Below are positions 29,757-40,364 of a stretch of DNA of 64,000 bases, in pieces. A program made the position numbers and the translations under genes. The stretch lies in contig CAVVMN010000006.1 in assembly GCA_963749305.1 (NCBI GenBank), positions 87,975-151,974 on the forward strand, in the 5' to 3' direction. Positions within the stretch are counted from its first letter, which is position 1. Every line of letters begins with the position of its first letter. The stretch is from an uncultured Acidimicrobiaceae bacterium (GTDB taxonomy: Bacteria > Actinomycetota > Acidimicrobiia > Acidimicrobiales > Palsa-688). Below the pieces are notes generated by a model that worked only from the letters and a program-made list of their open reading frames with translations, searched no databases and was not told where the DNA came from.

Positions 29757-30968
29757 TCAGTTTGTCTTTTCGTAAAGGACGACGCCTGTCTCAGCGCACG
29801 TCCCGGCGGCTGCGCCCTGGTCTGTCGTCACCAGCCGAAGCGATACCTCGCTCGGATGCACCACTTTGATATTTTCATGCTGGAAGCTCGGCGGGTTGTT
29901 CAAATTGATTACGGTGCCAGCGCCCGCCGGCGTCGAGCTCAGGACTACTTGTTGCGGATAGGGAGAAGCTTGACCGGCTTGCGGCGCGTGGGTGGCCGGT
30001 TTTAGGGGGGTGAACGCGATCTTCGAGATCGTCCCGGTGAAACTGGAGGCAATGGTCATGGTCAGGAGCTGGGAGCTCCCGCCCCCGGGCCTGGTATACC
30101 AGTACACGGTGTCATTGCCTTGTAATTGAGCTGCTCCGCAGTCGCCCGGGTTGGCGACTTTGACGCTCGCCAGGGGCACCTTGGCGTACGTCGGCACGAA
30201 CACTCCCTCTGCTTTGGTGTACCACTTGGAGACCGTGTGCCTAAGCGATGGGACTACGGCAAAAACGACGACCACCAGCAGGATCGCAATGACGAGCTTC
30301 CCACGAAGCCGGTGGGAGCGGGCCGAGGGCGGGGCCGGCATCCTGACCGGCGCGACCGGACGCGCTGCCGCGTAGTGAGGTGACTGCGGCCTGGCCGGAG
30401 AGGGTGAAGCTGGCGGCCGAGGCGCTGTCGCCTTCGCCGAGGAGCCCCCACCGCCGGCCTTGGCCGCAGGCCCAGCACCGGAGGTGCTAGTGCTGGGCTC
30501 GCCACGGGCTGTTTCTCCTGCTTTCGGCGCCTGCTGGTCTGAGGGGTGTCGTCGGAAGATCCGTTTCCACCAAGGCAGGCGGACGGCGGCCACCTGCTCG
30601 GCCAAGACGCTTCCGCACTTCCGGCAAAACCTGCGCCCAGGCTCATTCGGCTGGCCACACTGGCCACAAAATATGTCACCCGGCTCGGCGCGGCGCGCTT
30701 GGGGGCGCGGCGGCGGGGGTTTCGGCCGTTCGATCGGTGGCGCGGGCTGGACCGCCACCGGTCCCGACGGAGGTGGAGGACGGGGTAGTGACGTCTGGTC
30801 GGAAGGAGGGGGAGAAGATATCGGGGCGGGGCCGTCGTCAACTGCGACGCGCTCGCCCTCCCACTCGAGAAAGGCGCCGCAACCACCGCAGAAGTCCTCG
30901 TCTACCGACGCATGAACACCGCACCGCTTGCAAATGATCTCTTCCACGCAAGGTCCTTGACTTGTCAC
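29757..30968 (-). CDS. double zinc-ribbon bitopic membrane protein with extracytoplasmic beta-sandwich domain
   Basis: Two CxxC...CxxC ribbons (CKRCG...CGGCG; CGQCG...CRKCG), a Pro-rich linker, one TM helix (LVIAILLVVVVFAVV) and a roughly 160-aa C-terminal discoidin-like domain. Confidence 0.6.
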   Translation of the reverse strand: MTSQGPCVEEIICKRCGVHASVDEDFCGGCGAFLEWEGERVAVDDGPAPISSPPPSDQTSLPRPPPPSGPVAVQPAPPIERPKPPPPRPQARRAEPGDIFCGQCGQPNEPGRRFCRKCGSVLAEQVAAVRLPWWKRIFRRHPSDQQAPKAGETARGEPSTSTSGAGPAAKAGGGGSSAKATAPRPPASPSPARPQSPHYAAARPVAPVRMPAPPSARSHRLRGKLVIAILLVVVVFAVVPSLRHTVSKWYTKAEGVFVPTYAKVPLASVKVANPGDCGAAQLQGNDTVYWYTRPGGGSSQLLTMTIASSFTGTISKIAFTPLKPATHAPQAGQASPYPQQVVLSSTPAGAGTVINLNNPPSFQHENIKVVHPSEVSLRLVTTDQGAAAGTCAETGVVLYEKTN

Positions 30969-31313
30969 GGCGAGAAACGAGAGCCCCTAACTGGTCAGAC
31001 GATACTAAAATCTGTTTGTCGCGGCGCCTCCGTATACCGATTGGGTGGCCAGAATTGCCCGCACGGACTTCAGCGGGGCAGGTCAGGGGACCGAGGGAGC
31101 CAATTTGGTCACAGCCTTTGGTGAGGCCACGACGGCGTGTTGCGCGTTTTTCCGCCCGTTGACAGGCCCACCGACGATGAGTTACGGTCCGACTGTTGTA
31201 GCTGGGCCGGCTGCAGTGCCGCGTTTGTCGGCCCATTGATTCGAAACTGACCGCAACCATTCTCAAGTCGCTGCACCGAGCCTGGGAAAGCCGGGTGAGA
31301 TCATTGCGCCCAG

Positions 31314-34273
31314 GTGAAGTCAATGCACGAACCAATCGTTTCGGCGCGGACTCGCGTACCGCCACTAACCGGGCAGCCGCGCACCCGGGTTAACGCGCTC
31401 ATCGAAGCCAGCTGGCGTGTGCCGCTGGCTGTCGTTGTCGCGCCGGCAGGCTCGGGGAAGACGACGACCCTGGCCTTATTCGCTCAGGCGCAACGCGAAG
31501 CGGGCCGAGCCGTGGCCTGGTACCAAGCCGGTATTTCGGAAGCAGACCCGGCGCGTCTCCTTCGTTATCTGGAAGGAGCCGTTCGCCAAGTTGTCCCCAC
31601 CGTCCCGCCCGGTTGGGACACGGTTGATAGGGCCGCGGCTGCGTTCGAAGCGGTACCGTTGCCTCCCCTGATCATCGTTGTCGACGACGCTCACACGCTT
31701 TGGTCGACGGCAGCCGAAGCCACCTTGGAGCGTCTTGTGGCCTACTTGCCGGCTGAAGCCCATTTGGTCCTGGCCGGACGGCACCCTCCGTCGTTCGATT
31801 TACCCAGATGGCGCTTGGCCCGTCAGGTTCTCGAAATAGGCCCTGACGAACTCCGCTTCCGCTCCTGGGAAGTCGAAGAGCTCTTCGCTCAGCACTATGG
31901 AGTGCGATTGGTGCCCGAGGAAGTGGCGGAGCTGGCTCGCCGTACCGGTGGTTGGGCGGCGGGATTGTCACTTTTCCACCTGGCCACGGAAAACCGGTCG
32001 GTGTCAGAGCGCCGGAGGGTGTTGGCTTCGATGTCAAGCCGTCTACTGGATACCCGGGATTACCTGACACACAACGTCCTGGCCACCCTCGAAGCCGATC
32101 AGCAGGAGTTCCTGATCGGGACCTGCGTCCTGGGGCGACTGTCAGGAGCGTGGTGTGACCAGCTCATGAACACCTCGGGGAGTGCCCGCCGGCTCGAGGA
32201 CTTGGCGCGGCGGCACCTCTTCCTGGTCAGTCACGACGGAGGTATTACGTACCAGGAACACGAGGTGCTCCGGTCTTTCCTGGAAGAACTGCTCCTCGAC
32301 CAAGTTGGAGAGGAGGGGATCCGGGCCCTTTACGCCACGGCCGGGCCGATACTCGAAATGGGCGGAGCATACTCAGAAGCCCTCCGTTGCTACTGCCGGG
32401 CACAGGACTGGGATGCCGTAGACCGGCTGTTGGGATTTTCCGGTGACCGTGTTGTCGACCCCCTGGGCCCTGGGGCGACGCCCTTCCGCCCGCCGTTGCC
32501 GACCACGACGCCTGGTATTTGTTGGCGATCGCTCGCCGCCAGGTGCGTTCGGGGCATTGGGCTACGGCACAAGAGAGCTACCGTCGCGCCGAGGATGTGG
32601 CAACGGGCGAGCTCGTCCGCCGGACGTGCGAGAGGGAGCGTATTCAGCTCGTCGGCTGGATGGACCCGGGTACAACCGTTCCTCACGACTGGACGGGCGT
32701 CCTGCGCAGCGCATTGGCCCGCAACCCTCTCGTTGTCGTAGAGGATCTCGACATTCGTTCGGTGGGGAACCAGCTGGCGAGCGGCCTGGGTGCTATGGCC
32801 GCGGGCTGCATGTCACGCGCTCACGCCATATTCGCGGCCGAAGCAGCCGATTCGCCGGCCGCCTCAGTCCTCAGCCGATGGGTGGACGCTTTCCGCCTGT
32901 TCACGGCGCGTTTGAGCGGGTTGCCGTACAGCGAAGCGGCATTTCACTCCACCCTCAACGATATTGACCCCAATCTGCCGCCCTGGCTGGCCCGCCTGTT
33001 GCACGCGTTGGCCGGTCGCCCGAGCGGTCTCCTTGACCAGCTAGAGGCAAGCCGAGGCGAGGCGCTGGCGACCGAGAACGCTTGGGCTGACCTCGTGTTC
33101 GGGCTGATAGACGGCTGTTCTCTGCTGGCCGCCGGGCGGGGCCTAGAGGCGGTCGCCCGCCTTGATGCGGCCGTCGCAACGGCTAGTGCATTGGGCGTGC
33201 AGGTCGTGGCCGCGTGGGCGGCCGCCGGCGCCAGCCTCGGGTTACTGTCCTCGGACCCAACCGGTGCCGCCCGTCGCGCCGTCAATAGCGACCAGTTGGC
33301 TCGTTCGGTGGGGTGCCCCGGCGCGTCCGCCCTTTCTCTTCTCGTCGAAGGGGCTGCCCGGGGCCACCCAAAATGGCGCGACGCCGCCGATCCGCTCGAG
33401 ATCGAAGGAGTGGTCCCGATGGCGGGCGTCGTGGCTCAGTGCCTCGGGACGTTGAGCGAGCGGGTGGGGGACGGGCAGGGTGGCGCACTCGAGAACACCG
33501 CGGGCCGGCTCGACGATGTAATCACGTCCAGGTCAGGAGCGCTCCCAGCGCGGGAGCCCGACGTTCGTTGCCTGGGCACCTTTTCCCTCATTGTTGCCGG
33601 CCGGGCGGTCGACAGCGCTCTGGCCAGGCCCCGGGTCCGGGCGCTGCTGCACTATTTGGCCATGCAGGCCGGCGCCTATGTACACCGGGACACGCTTTGT
33701 ACCGCGCTCTGGCCCAACGACGAGGCCCGAGCCGCCACGCATGGCCTGCAAGTTGCGGTATCTGCTTTGCGGCAACTCCTGGAGGCCCAGGCAGGCAAAG
33801 GTGCTGGGTCTATCATCGCCCGGAAGGGAGAGTCATACGGCCTCGAAGTTGATGTTGCCGTCCACGACCTGGCTCAGTTCGAGGTCAGCCTGGCACAGGC
33901 GCGGGTCGCCCGGAACAGCGGTAATCACGAGCAAGCGGTGGCGGATCTGCGACCTGCCTTGGCTCTTTACCGCGGCGACCTCCTCGAGGACGCGGGTACC
34001 GCCGAGTGGGTGCTTGGGCCACGCGAGCGGTACCGGCTGATGGCCTCCGAGGCCAGCCAGCTCTTAGCTGCGTGCCTACTTGACCTGGGGGAGCCGACAG
34101 AGGCAGCTGCAGTGGCCGGCTGGGGTCTAACCATTGACCGTTACTGCGATGCGCTCTGGAAGCTGATGATCGCCGCTCACGACCAAGGATCCAATCAGGC
34201 CGCCAGCGCCAGGACGCGGAACGACTATCGCCGTGTGCTGGCCGAGCTGGGCGTCGGTCAGGACGTCTCCTGA
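31314..34273 (+). CDS. large regulator: N-terminal STAND/MalT-like P-loop ATPase, helical repeats, C-terminal SARP module (winged helix + BTAD); apparent frameshift
   Basis: Walker A VVVAPAGSGKTT and Walker B LIIVVDDAH. C-terminal RCLGTFSLIVAGRAV...RVRALLHYLAM... and BTAD-like ALALYRGDLLED...RYCDALWKLMIAAH. ORFs 31314-32741 and 32519-34273 join if one base is added near 32465-32470. Confidence 0.75.
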
Positions 34274-35067
34274 CCTTCGTCGTCACCGGGGCTAGCCGGC
34301 GGTGCTGGTGGCTCGTCAGGACCAACCTGGCTCGGCTGGGCCGGCGGGCCGACGGGCCCTTCCGGGCCGTCGTATTGCTCCGTGGGGGCCAGAGGGGGAG
34401 ATGGGGCACGAGTGGGCGGTGGCGGCTCCTGGCTCGCACCTCGGCCAGGAAAGGCAGTTGGGGGCGGTGGCGACCACTTAACCTCGGGACGCCTAACCAC
34501 ATCGATGACGTGGGGCACGTGCGCCGGCTTGACGGATGTGACGATTCCTTCGAGGCGGTTGAGGTCGAGATCGTCCTCAGTCCCGACGGTCAGCTGGACC
34601 CTTAGCTCAGCGACCGAGCTCCCCGGCAGGTTGCCGTCGGGGGTCGTGGACCAGGCCACTCCACCGGAGTCATGCACCTCGGGCACGACGCCGGTAAAAA
34701 GGCGGATGTGCTCGATTATCCCGCGCACTGTCCCGTGCCATCGATAGAGATCGCCGGCCTCTATTACAAGAGTGCGCCGTTGTTCTTCGGGCCAGTTCTG
34801 GTCGAGGCTGAGGCCGACCCATCCAGCCAGCCAATCGAGGTAGTCCGCCGGAGTAAGCCGAGGGTCGAAGTAAGCCTCCATGCAGTCCAGGGTCACGGTC
34901 GCAGGGGTCAGCACGCAGTCGAGGCCGGCGCAAAACCCGCTAACGAACTCGGGCCCGCCCCGTTCCTCCTTTCGGTCCACGGGCTCCAAGAAGACCCCGG
35001 GCAGCAGAGATTCGAGGGTGCGCGGAGGGCCGGTCCCAGGCATAAGACCACGGCCTGAAAACGTCAC
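34258..35067 (-). CDS. CIS baseplate protein, P2 gpI-like (Afp12-like)
   Basis: ...LLPGVFLE...FVSGFCAGLDCVLTPATVTLDCMEAYFDPRLTPADYLDWLAGWVGLSLDQNWPEEQRR...YRWHGTVRG resembles phage tail protein I family proteins. The Pro-rich tail and GTG start overlap the upstream stop. Confidence 0.75.
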   Translation of the reverse strand: MTFSGRGLMPGTGPPRTLESLLPGVFLEPVDRKEERGGPEFVSGFCAGLDCVLTPATVTLDCMEAYFDPRLTPADYLDWLAGWVGLSLDQNWPEEQRRTLVIEAGDLYRWHGTVRGIIEHIRLFTGVVPEVHDSGGVAWSTTPDGNLPGSSVAELRVQLTVGTEDDLDLNRLEGIVTSVKPAHVPHVIDVVRRPEVKWSPPPPTAFPGRGASQEPPPPTRAPSPPLAPTEQYDGPEGPVGPPAQPSQVGPDEPPAPPASPGDDEGQETS

Positions 35068-37030
35068 TAGCGGTCGACCCTGACCAGGTGCTCGTAGCTG
35101 AAAACGACCGAATTAGCGGCCAGCTCGAGGCGCTGGGTGGCTTCCCCGCGTTGGCCTGTGATCGGGTCGGTGGCAAAAAGCCTGACGTCCTCCACGTACT
35201 CCACTCCTTCGACGCGCTGAAGGACGGCATAGACCTCGCCCACGTTTACCGGCCGGCCAAAGGGCCAGCCGTCGCCATCCGGGCCACCGACGATCGGGTC
35301 GAAATATCGGTAAAGCGCCCGGCGGGAGCTTTCTTCGACGGTCGTCAGGCGGGCGTTACGTCGGCCCTGAATCCGGGCTACGACGGTGATGCCCTGGTAA
35401 TGCGGGGGTTCCACGATGATGCGGGCCCCACCACCCGGCGCTCGTCGAGGTAATTGGCAATCCGCTCGAGTAGCTGTCCATCCAGTATGAGCTGTTCGAA
35501 CCGCAGACGCCCGTTCTCATCACCTGCCACTGCCGGGATCACCAGGATGCGCACGCCATCGGCCCCGGCCGCGGGCTCGGAACCACCGCCCGGCGCAGCG
35601 GAGACGCAGCGGACTCGAGCCACGTCAGGAGCAGCCTCCCTGGTTAGCTGCTCATAGTCTTCCGCGGTAACCGCCCGGTTCCGCGTCCGCATTTGCAATG
35701 GGCCCCGTACCTTCGCCTCCTCGACCGTCTCGCCGTCCACCCCACCAGAAGCCGCCCGCCGGTTTTTAACACTGGCTATATAAGAGATGGAGGACCTCAC
35801 CACGCTGATCTGCCCCGCTGCCACATTGCCCCGGCTGCCACCGCCTGTGCGGTACGAGCGGAGCCGCACCGTTGCGGCTTTAGGGGGCACCGCCCCGTAC
35901 TGCTGGACGGAGCCGTCTTGGCACCTGACCGCCGGCCCGAACACAACCTCTCCCGTGCACCGGTCGAACACGAAGTGCCGGTCCGACGAGGCACTGTCGG
36001 CAAAACCCTCAACTTCGGTCCATTCTTCCCAACCCTCGTCGTCGCTCACGTCAATCAGCGAACTTCCTTCACCTGCCAGCACCGGCTTTTCTTTGACTGG
36101 CAACCTCTGACCCGGTGCCCCGTTAGACACACCAAGGACCTCCCCGTCGATGGTCTTGGCGTGAGAGGCATCTATGGTCCCCCCTTTTGTGAACGCCCCG
36201 AGGCCGTCGATTTGGGGCGACGACGAGTAGGAAGGTTGGCCCTCCACTGCTTGGGTCACGACGGCCCGCAACCATCCAGCCCGTTCCTGGTCAACAACGC
36301 TGGCGACATGGGTCGGCGGCACGTGGACAATTACGTCGCCCGGCCGGTTGAGGCCACCTGTCCCGTCGCTGTCGACTTCACAACGCGCCCAATCGGTGCC
36401 GTCGTAGGCCTCCCACCGCAGGGGCGGGTTAAGAGGGTCGACTCCGACGCCCTCGATCCGGCACTGGAACCGCATGACGACCGCGCACCGGGGGACGGGG
36501 TCCGACAGGCCGACATAGAGCGCATCACCGGGCTGGGGCACGGAGGCGAAGCAAGGCTGGCCCGGGCCGCCCTGAAGAGTATCGCTGTGGTCTCGAAAAT
36601 TGCCCCCGGAGGGCTGGCTTCGTAGTGCGGTAAGCGAGCACGGGACAATATCGAGATCTGCGTCGACCGTGAACACCAACGCTTCGTCGACATCGGTCCG
36701 GACCGTCGCCACCTCTGTCCCGGCCGGGATGCGCACAACGTCGGCCTGCGGTGCCGACAACCAGAACGTCATCGGGGCGCGAGCGGCCGAGGGGGCGAAC
36801 AGTCGCACGCCCAACAGGTCGAGGAACTTGACATAATTGCGGTCCGGGACGCGGTTAAGTCGGTAGAGAAGCTGGTCGACCATGAACGCAAACGTCTCGA
36901 TGAGTGTCACGCCCGGGTCGGACACATTGTGGTCGGTCCAATCCGGGCAGCGCTGCTGGACGAGGCGTTTCGCATCGTCCACGAGGTCCTGGAAGCGCCT
37001 GTCGTCAAGGTTGGGCACCGGCAGAGGCAT
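35067..37030 (-). CDS. CIS baseplate J-like protein (Afp11/gp6-like), apparent frameshift
   Basis: MPLPVPNLDDRRFQDLVDDAKRLVQQRCPDWTDHNVSDPGVTLIETFAFMVDQLLYRLNRVPDRNY is the typical N-terminus of putative baseplate assembly proteins. ORFs 35378-37189 and 35067-35414 fuse if one C is added to the run at 35426-35429. Confidence 0.85.
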
Positions 37031-37437
37031 CAGGTCTCCCGCTCTTCCGGGATCACATAAAACGGGAATACCAGGTTGCGGCGGTCGTTTGTGTCCCGTT
37101 CGGAATAGGTGATCGACACGTCCATGCGTCCTCTTTCGGCGTCGCGGTAAGTGACGTCGACCGCCGTCACGTTGATGCGAGGCTCCCACCTCTCCAACGC
37201 GGCACGGACATCGTAAGCGACCCGGCCCGCGGTCGTGGCGTCCATCGGCGAGAAAACCTCATCCCAGATACCGCAGCCAAACTCGGGCCGCATCGGGCGG
37301 TCCCCTTTTGGCGTGCGCAGGATGAGCTCGATGCTTTCGGCCAGTTCACGTTCCCGCGATACGAGCGCGATCCCGCCCGTCTTGTCCGGCCGGACGGGGA
37401 ACGCCCACCCTCTACCGATGAAGTCGTCGCTCATCAC
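37030..37437 (-). CDS. GPW/gp25-family baseplate wedge protein (Afp9-like)
   Basis: 135 aa. FIGRGWAFPV...ESIELILRTPKGDRPMRPEFGCGIWDEVF is canonical gp25. The TGATG overlap couples it to baseplate J. Confidence 0.9.
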   Translation of the reverse strand: MMSDDFIGRGWAFPVRPDKTGGIALVSRERELAESIELILRTPKGDRPMRPEFGCGIWDEVFSPMDATTAGRVAYDVRAALERWEPRINVTAVDVTYRDAERGRMDVSITYSERDTNDRRNLVFPFYVIPEERET

Positions 37438-37452
37438 CGACCTCTTTTCCAG

Positions 37453-39219
37453 TTAGTTGAGCTTGATGGGAGTACCGGTAACCGTGACGTCGGCGGTGCC
37501 GCTGATAGACACGCTGCCTTGGGCATTTATCGACACGCTCTGGCCTTTCAAGTTGAGTTCGTTCTGAGCTTCGACGCTGATCCCGGCCGATGACTTGATA
37601 GATATGTCTTGAGACGCCTCGATTTCGACCTTGCCGGTGCTGCTGACTTTAACCGTCGTCGTCCCTGCGTTTAGTGAGATGCGCAGGTTGTGGTCACCCG
37701 TCATCAACGCGGCTCCGTTTGAGGAGGAGTCGTCGAAAAATATAAGTGCATGACCATTTTTTGATATAAGGCCTCGTCGCCTCACGGCGCCTGAGGAACT
37801 GTCGATCAGGTTGCTTCCTTGCATGGGCTTGTCGACACCGTTGTGGAGTAGCCCCAGGACGTATGGTCGCCGCCAGTCACCTTGCTCGAACGCCACCAGG
37901 ACTTCGTCGTTTACCTCAGGCAAAAATGAGGCACCTCTATTGTTGCCTGCGCCGACCTGGACCATGCGGGCCCAGTCCGATGTAAAACTGTCGGAAAGCC
38001 ACGGGAAGCTAATCTTTACCCGGCCCAGTTGGTTCGGGTCGTTCACGTCAGTGACCAGAGCGGGGACCACACCAGCTATCGGTGGGGCCGACGCCCCCGG
38101 GCCGGCCCCCGGGCTGCCCGCGGACGCCAGGCCCAAGAAGGGACCGCTGGTTGCGACCGCTGACCGTAAAGGCAGTGGTGTACCCGTCCGAGGCGTCGTA
38201 CCGATGGCGCACCGAGGTCAGGGTGTACTTCCCGTCGAAAGGGTCACCGACCAGGCTCAGGCTTATGGCCACACCGGCCCGGAGTTTCGAGTTGCCTCGA
38301 GCCACCCCTTCCAGTTCCGCGAAGGCGCTGCTGATGTGGTCCGCTAAAGCCTTGGCCGCCGTGTCTACCTCGGTCTGGTTGGAGTACGGTACACCGACGC
38401 CGTACAGGGTGGCATTGCCAAATATGCTGGCCAGGTTGGAGGGGCTGGTCCCGACGGATGCCGAACTGGTGCCGGCCGGCGCCGTGCTGACGACCTTTTG
38501 TTTCTGCGACGGGTCCCAACCCCGCACCTCGACCTGGCCGACCTGGTCGGCCGATGTGACAATGCTTCGCAAACGCAGGATGTGAGCGCCCATCGTCAGG
38601 GCCAATGGGTCAGTCGGTATTGGTCAGGCTCCCGGCCGCGGGGCCGGCGCTGGACGAGGCTGGCTGCCGGAAATGGAGTTTGCCGTCTTCCACCAGCACT
38701 TCGTAGCCAATGTCCGCCGCCAGTTTCTTCAGGAACATCCAATCGTTGCTGTTGTTCTGCGAAACATAAGGGAACACGGGGCTGGTCGAGTCGATCTGGC
38801 CCGGCTGCAAATTGGCCCGCTGCGCCACTTTCTGAGCGATGTCGGCCGCGGTCATGTTCTGGTACGTCTCTGTGTAACGGCCGCGGAACAGCAAGTGAGA
38901 CTCGTCATAACCGCGCAATACTGTGAACGTGCCGGCGCCGTCGTGTTCGACCTCGAGGGCGGTGACGTCCCCGGTAAGGAGGAGGTCGCCGGACGGGGCT
39001 GCATTGGAAAAGGCGCTCACCTTTATCTTGGAGCCGATTTTTGCCCCCGTTTTCGACAAGACGGCCCGGTCGGGGTCGCGAAAAGATAACACGAACAGGT
39101 CCGGTTGGTGCAGGTTGCTGTCCACAATCGCGGACGTAAGGAGGTTGTCGACATCTGAGGGGACCTCTGTCCCGTCGACCTCGTAGCTTGAACTTCCCCG
39201 CTGACTCCTGGACGGCCAT
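37453..39219 (-). CDS. VgrG-like spike (late-control gpD + gp5 OB-fold + beta-helix; Afp8-like), three apparent frameshifts
   Basis: Pieces at 38610-39219, 38048-38605 and 37453-38136. gpD-like (...FVLSFRDPD...VEVRGWDPSQKQKVV), OB fold (GVVPALVTDVNDPNQLGRVKISFPWL...NRGASFLPEVNDEVLVAFEQGDWRRPYVLG) and a C-terminal beta-helix repeat. Confidence 0.8.
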
Positions 39220-39237
39220 ATCGTTGATCGCCGGCCT

Positions 39238-39925
39238 TCAGATGGCCTGGTTGAACGCATCGTCCATATCGGGCACCAGGAGCCGGGTACCGACGACCAG
39301 TTTGAACGGGTCATCGATCCCGTTGGCTTCCGCCAGGGGTCGCCACCACGCCGCGTTCCCGTACTCCTTGTAGGCCACGCTGGGCAGCGAGTCACCTTCG
39401 ATCAGGAGGTGCGAGCGCATACTGTTCGGGCTGCCCGAAGTGGGGTTTTGGGCGAACGAGTCGGGGACGGCCTCCTCCATCGTCACCGTGCACGTGGCCC
39501 GCAACGGCGTGCCGTCGTTGCCGAACATGGTCAACTTGACGGCCACGCTCTTTACGATCGCCGTAAGCTGCATGTTGTTGCCCCAGGCGAAAACCACCCA
39601 GGGCGGGCTGGGTTTCTTGGCCTGTATCGAGTTGTCCATCGGTTGGCAGCACGAGTAGAGCGTCTCGATGTCGGCGCTGATGTCTCTGTCCTGCTTCGTA
39701 CCCGTCGAGGAACAACTCCACGCTCAGGGACATGGGGCTTGGCCCCTGGAACTCGGGTTTGGACGCCTTGGTTGCTCCTTTGGCCGGTTTGCGCTGCCAC
39801 TGCGCGGCTTTGTTGAAGCTGAGTTCTTTCGGGTTGTAGCTAAAAGTGACCCGGTCGAGCTCCGGCCCGCCCGACGAGTTCGGGGGAATGAGCGAAATGT
39901 AGGCCTTTGTCGGGGTCTCAGACAT
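39238..39925 (-). CDS. CIS tube-initiator / baseplate hub protein with C-terminal LysM (Afp7-like), apparent frameshift
   Basis: N-terminal tube-like fold (VTFSYNPKELSFNKAAQW...) and C-terminal LysM (HLLIEGDSLPSVAYKEYGNAAWWRPLAEANGIDDPFKLVVGTRLLVP). The frames join near 39688. Confidence 0.75.
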
Positions 39926-40354
39926 TGGACAGGAACCCGTGATGGGCGATCTCGAGTGTTTCTATGGCCACCTTTGGCCCCTCAGCACTGAACTGCGGAC
40001 CGGTCCACTTGACGGGGAAGACGCTTTGTAGTGCCCATTTGCAGACCTCGGTACCGTCGATGGTCAGTGCTCGGATGACCGCGGTGCAGCGTTGCATGCC
40101 CGGGCCGCTATTCGAAATCCAGCTGGCCACCTTGGCGCTGTCGGAGTTGAGGGGTCGGGTGAACTTGACGTTCGTGTACTTCATGGGGCCGGGCAATTGA
40201 TGGACGAAACCGTTATTGCCCCCTTCTTGACGTGACTCGACCGTTATCTCGCACCCAGCCCATCACAGGTCGTGAACAGGCCGAGGTCGTAGCTCGAGTT
40301 GTCTATGGTTACCGCAAAGCACACACTGACGGCCGGGTCATCGACTATGGACAT
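39918..40354 (-). CDS. second CIS tube protein (T4 gp19-like; Afp5-like), apparent frameshift
   Basis: ATG at 40354 with an AAGGAG SD. MSIVDDPAVSVCFAVTIDNSSYDLGLFTTCDGLG / CEITVESRQEGGNNGFVHQLPGPMKYTNVKFTRPL... The frames join near 40258. Confidence 0.75.
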
Positions 40355-40364
40355 TCGGCTCCTT

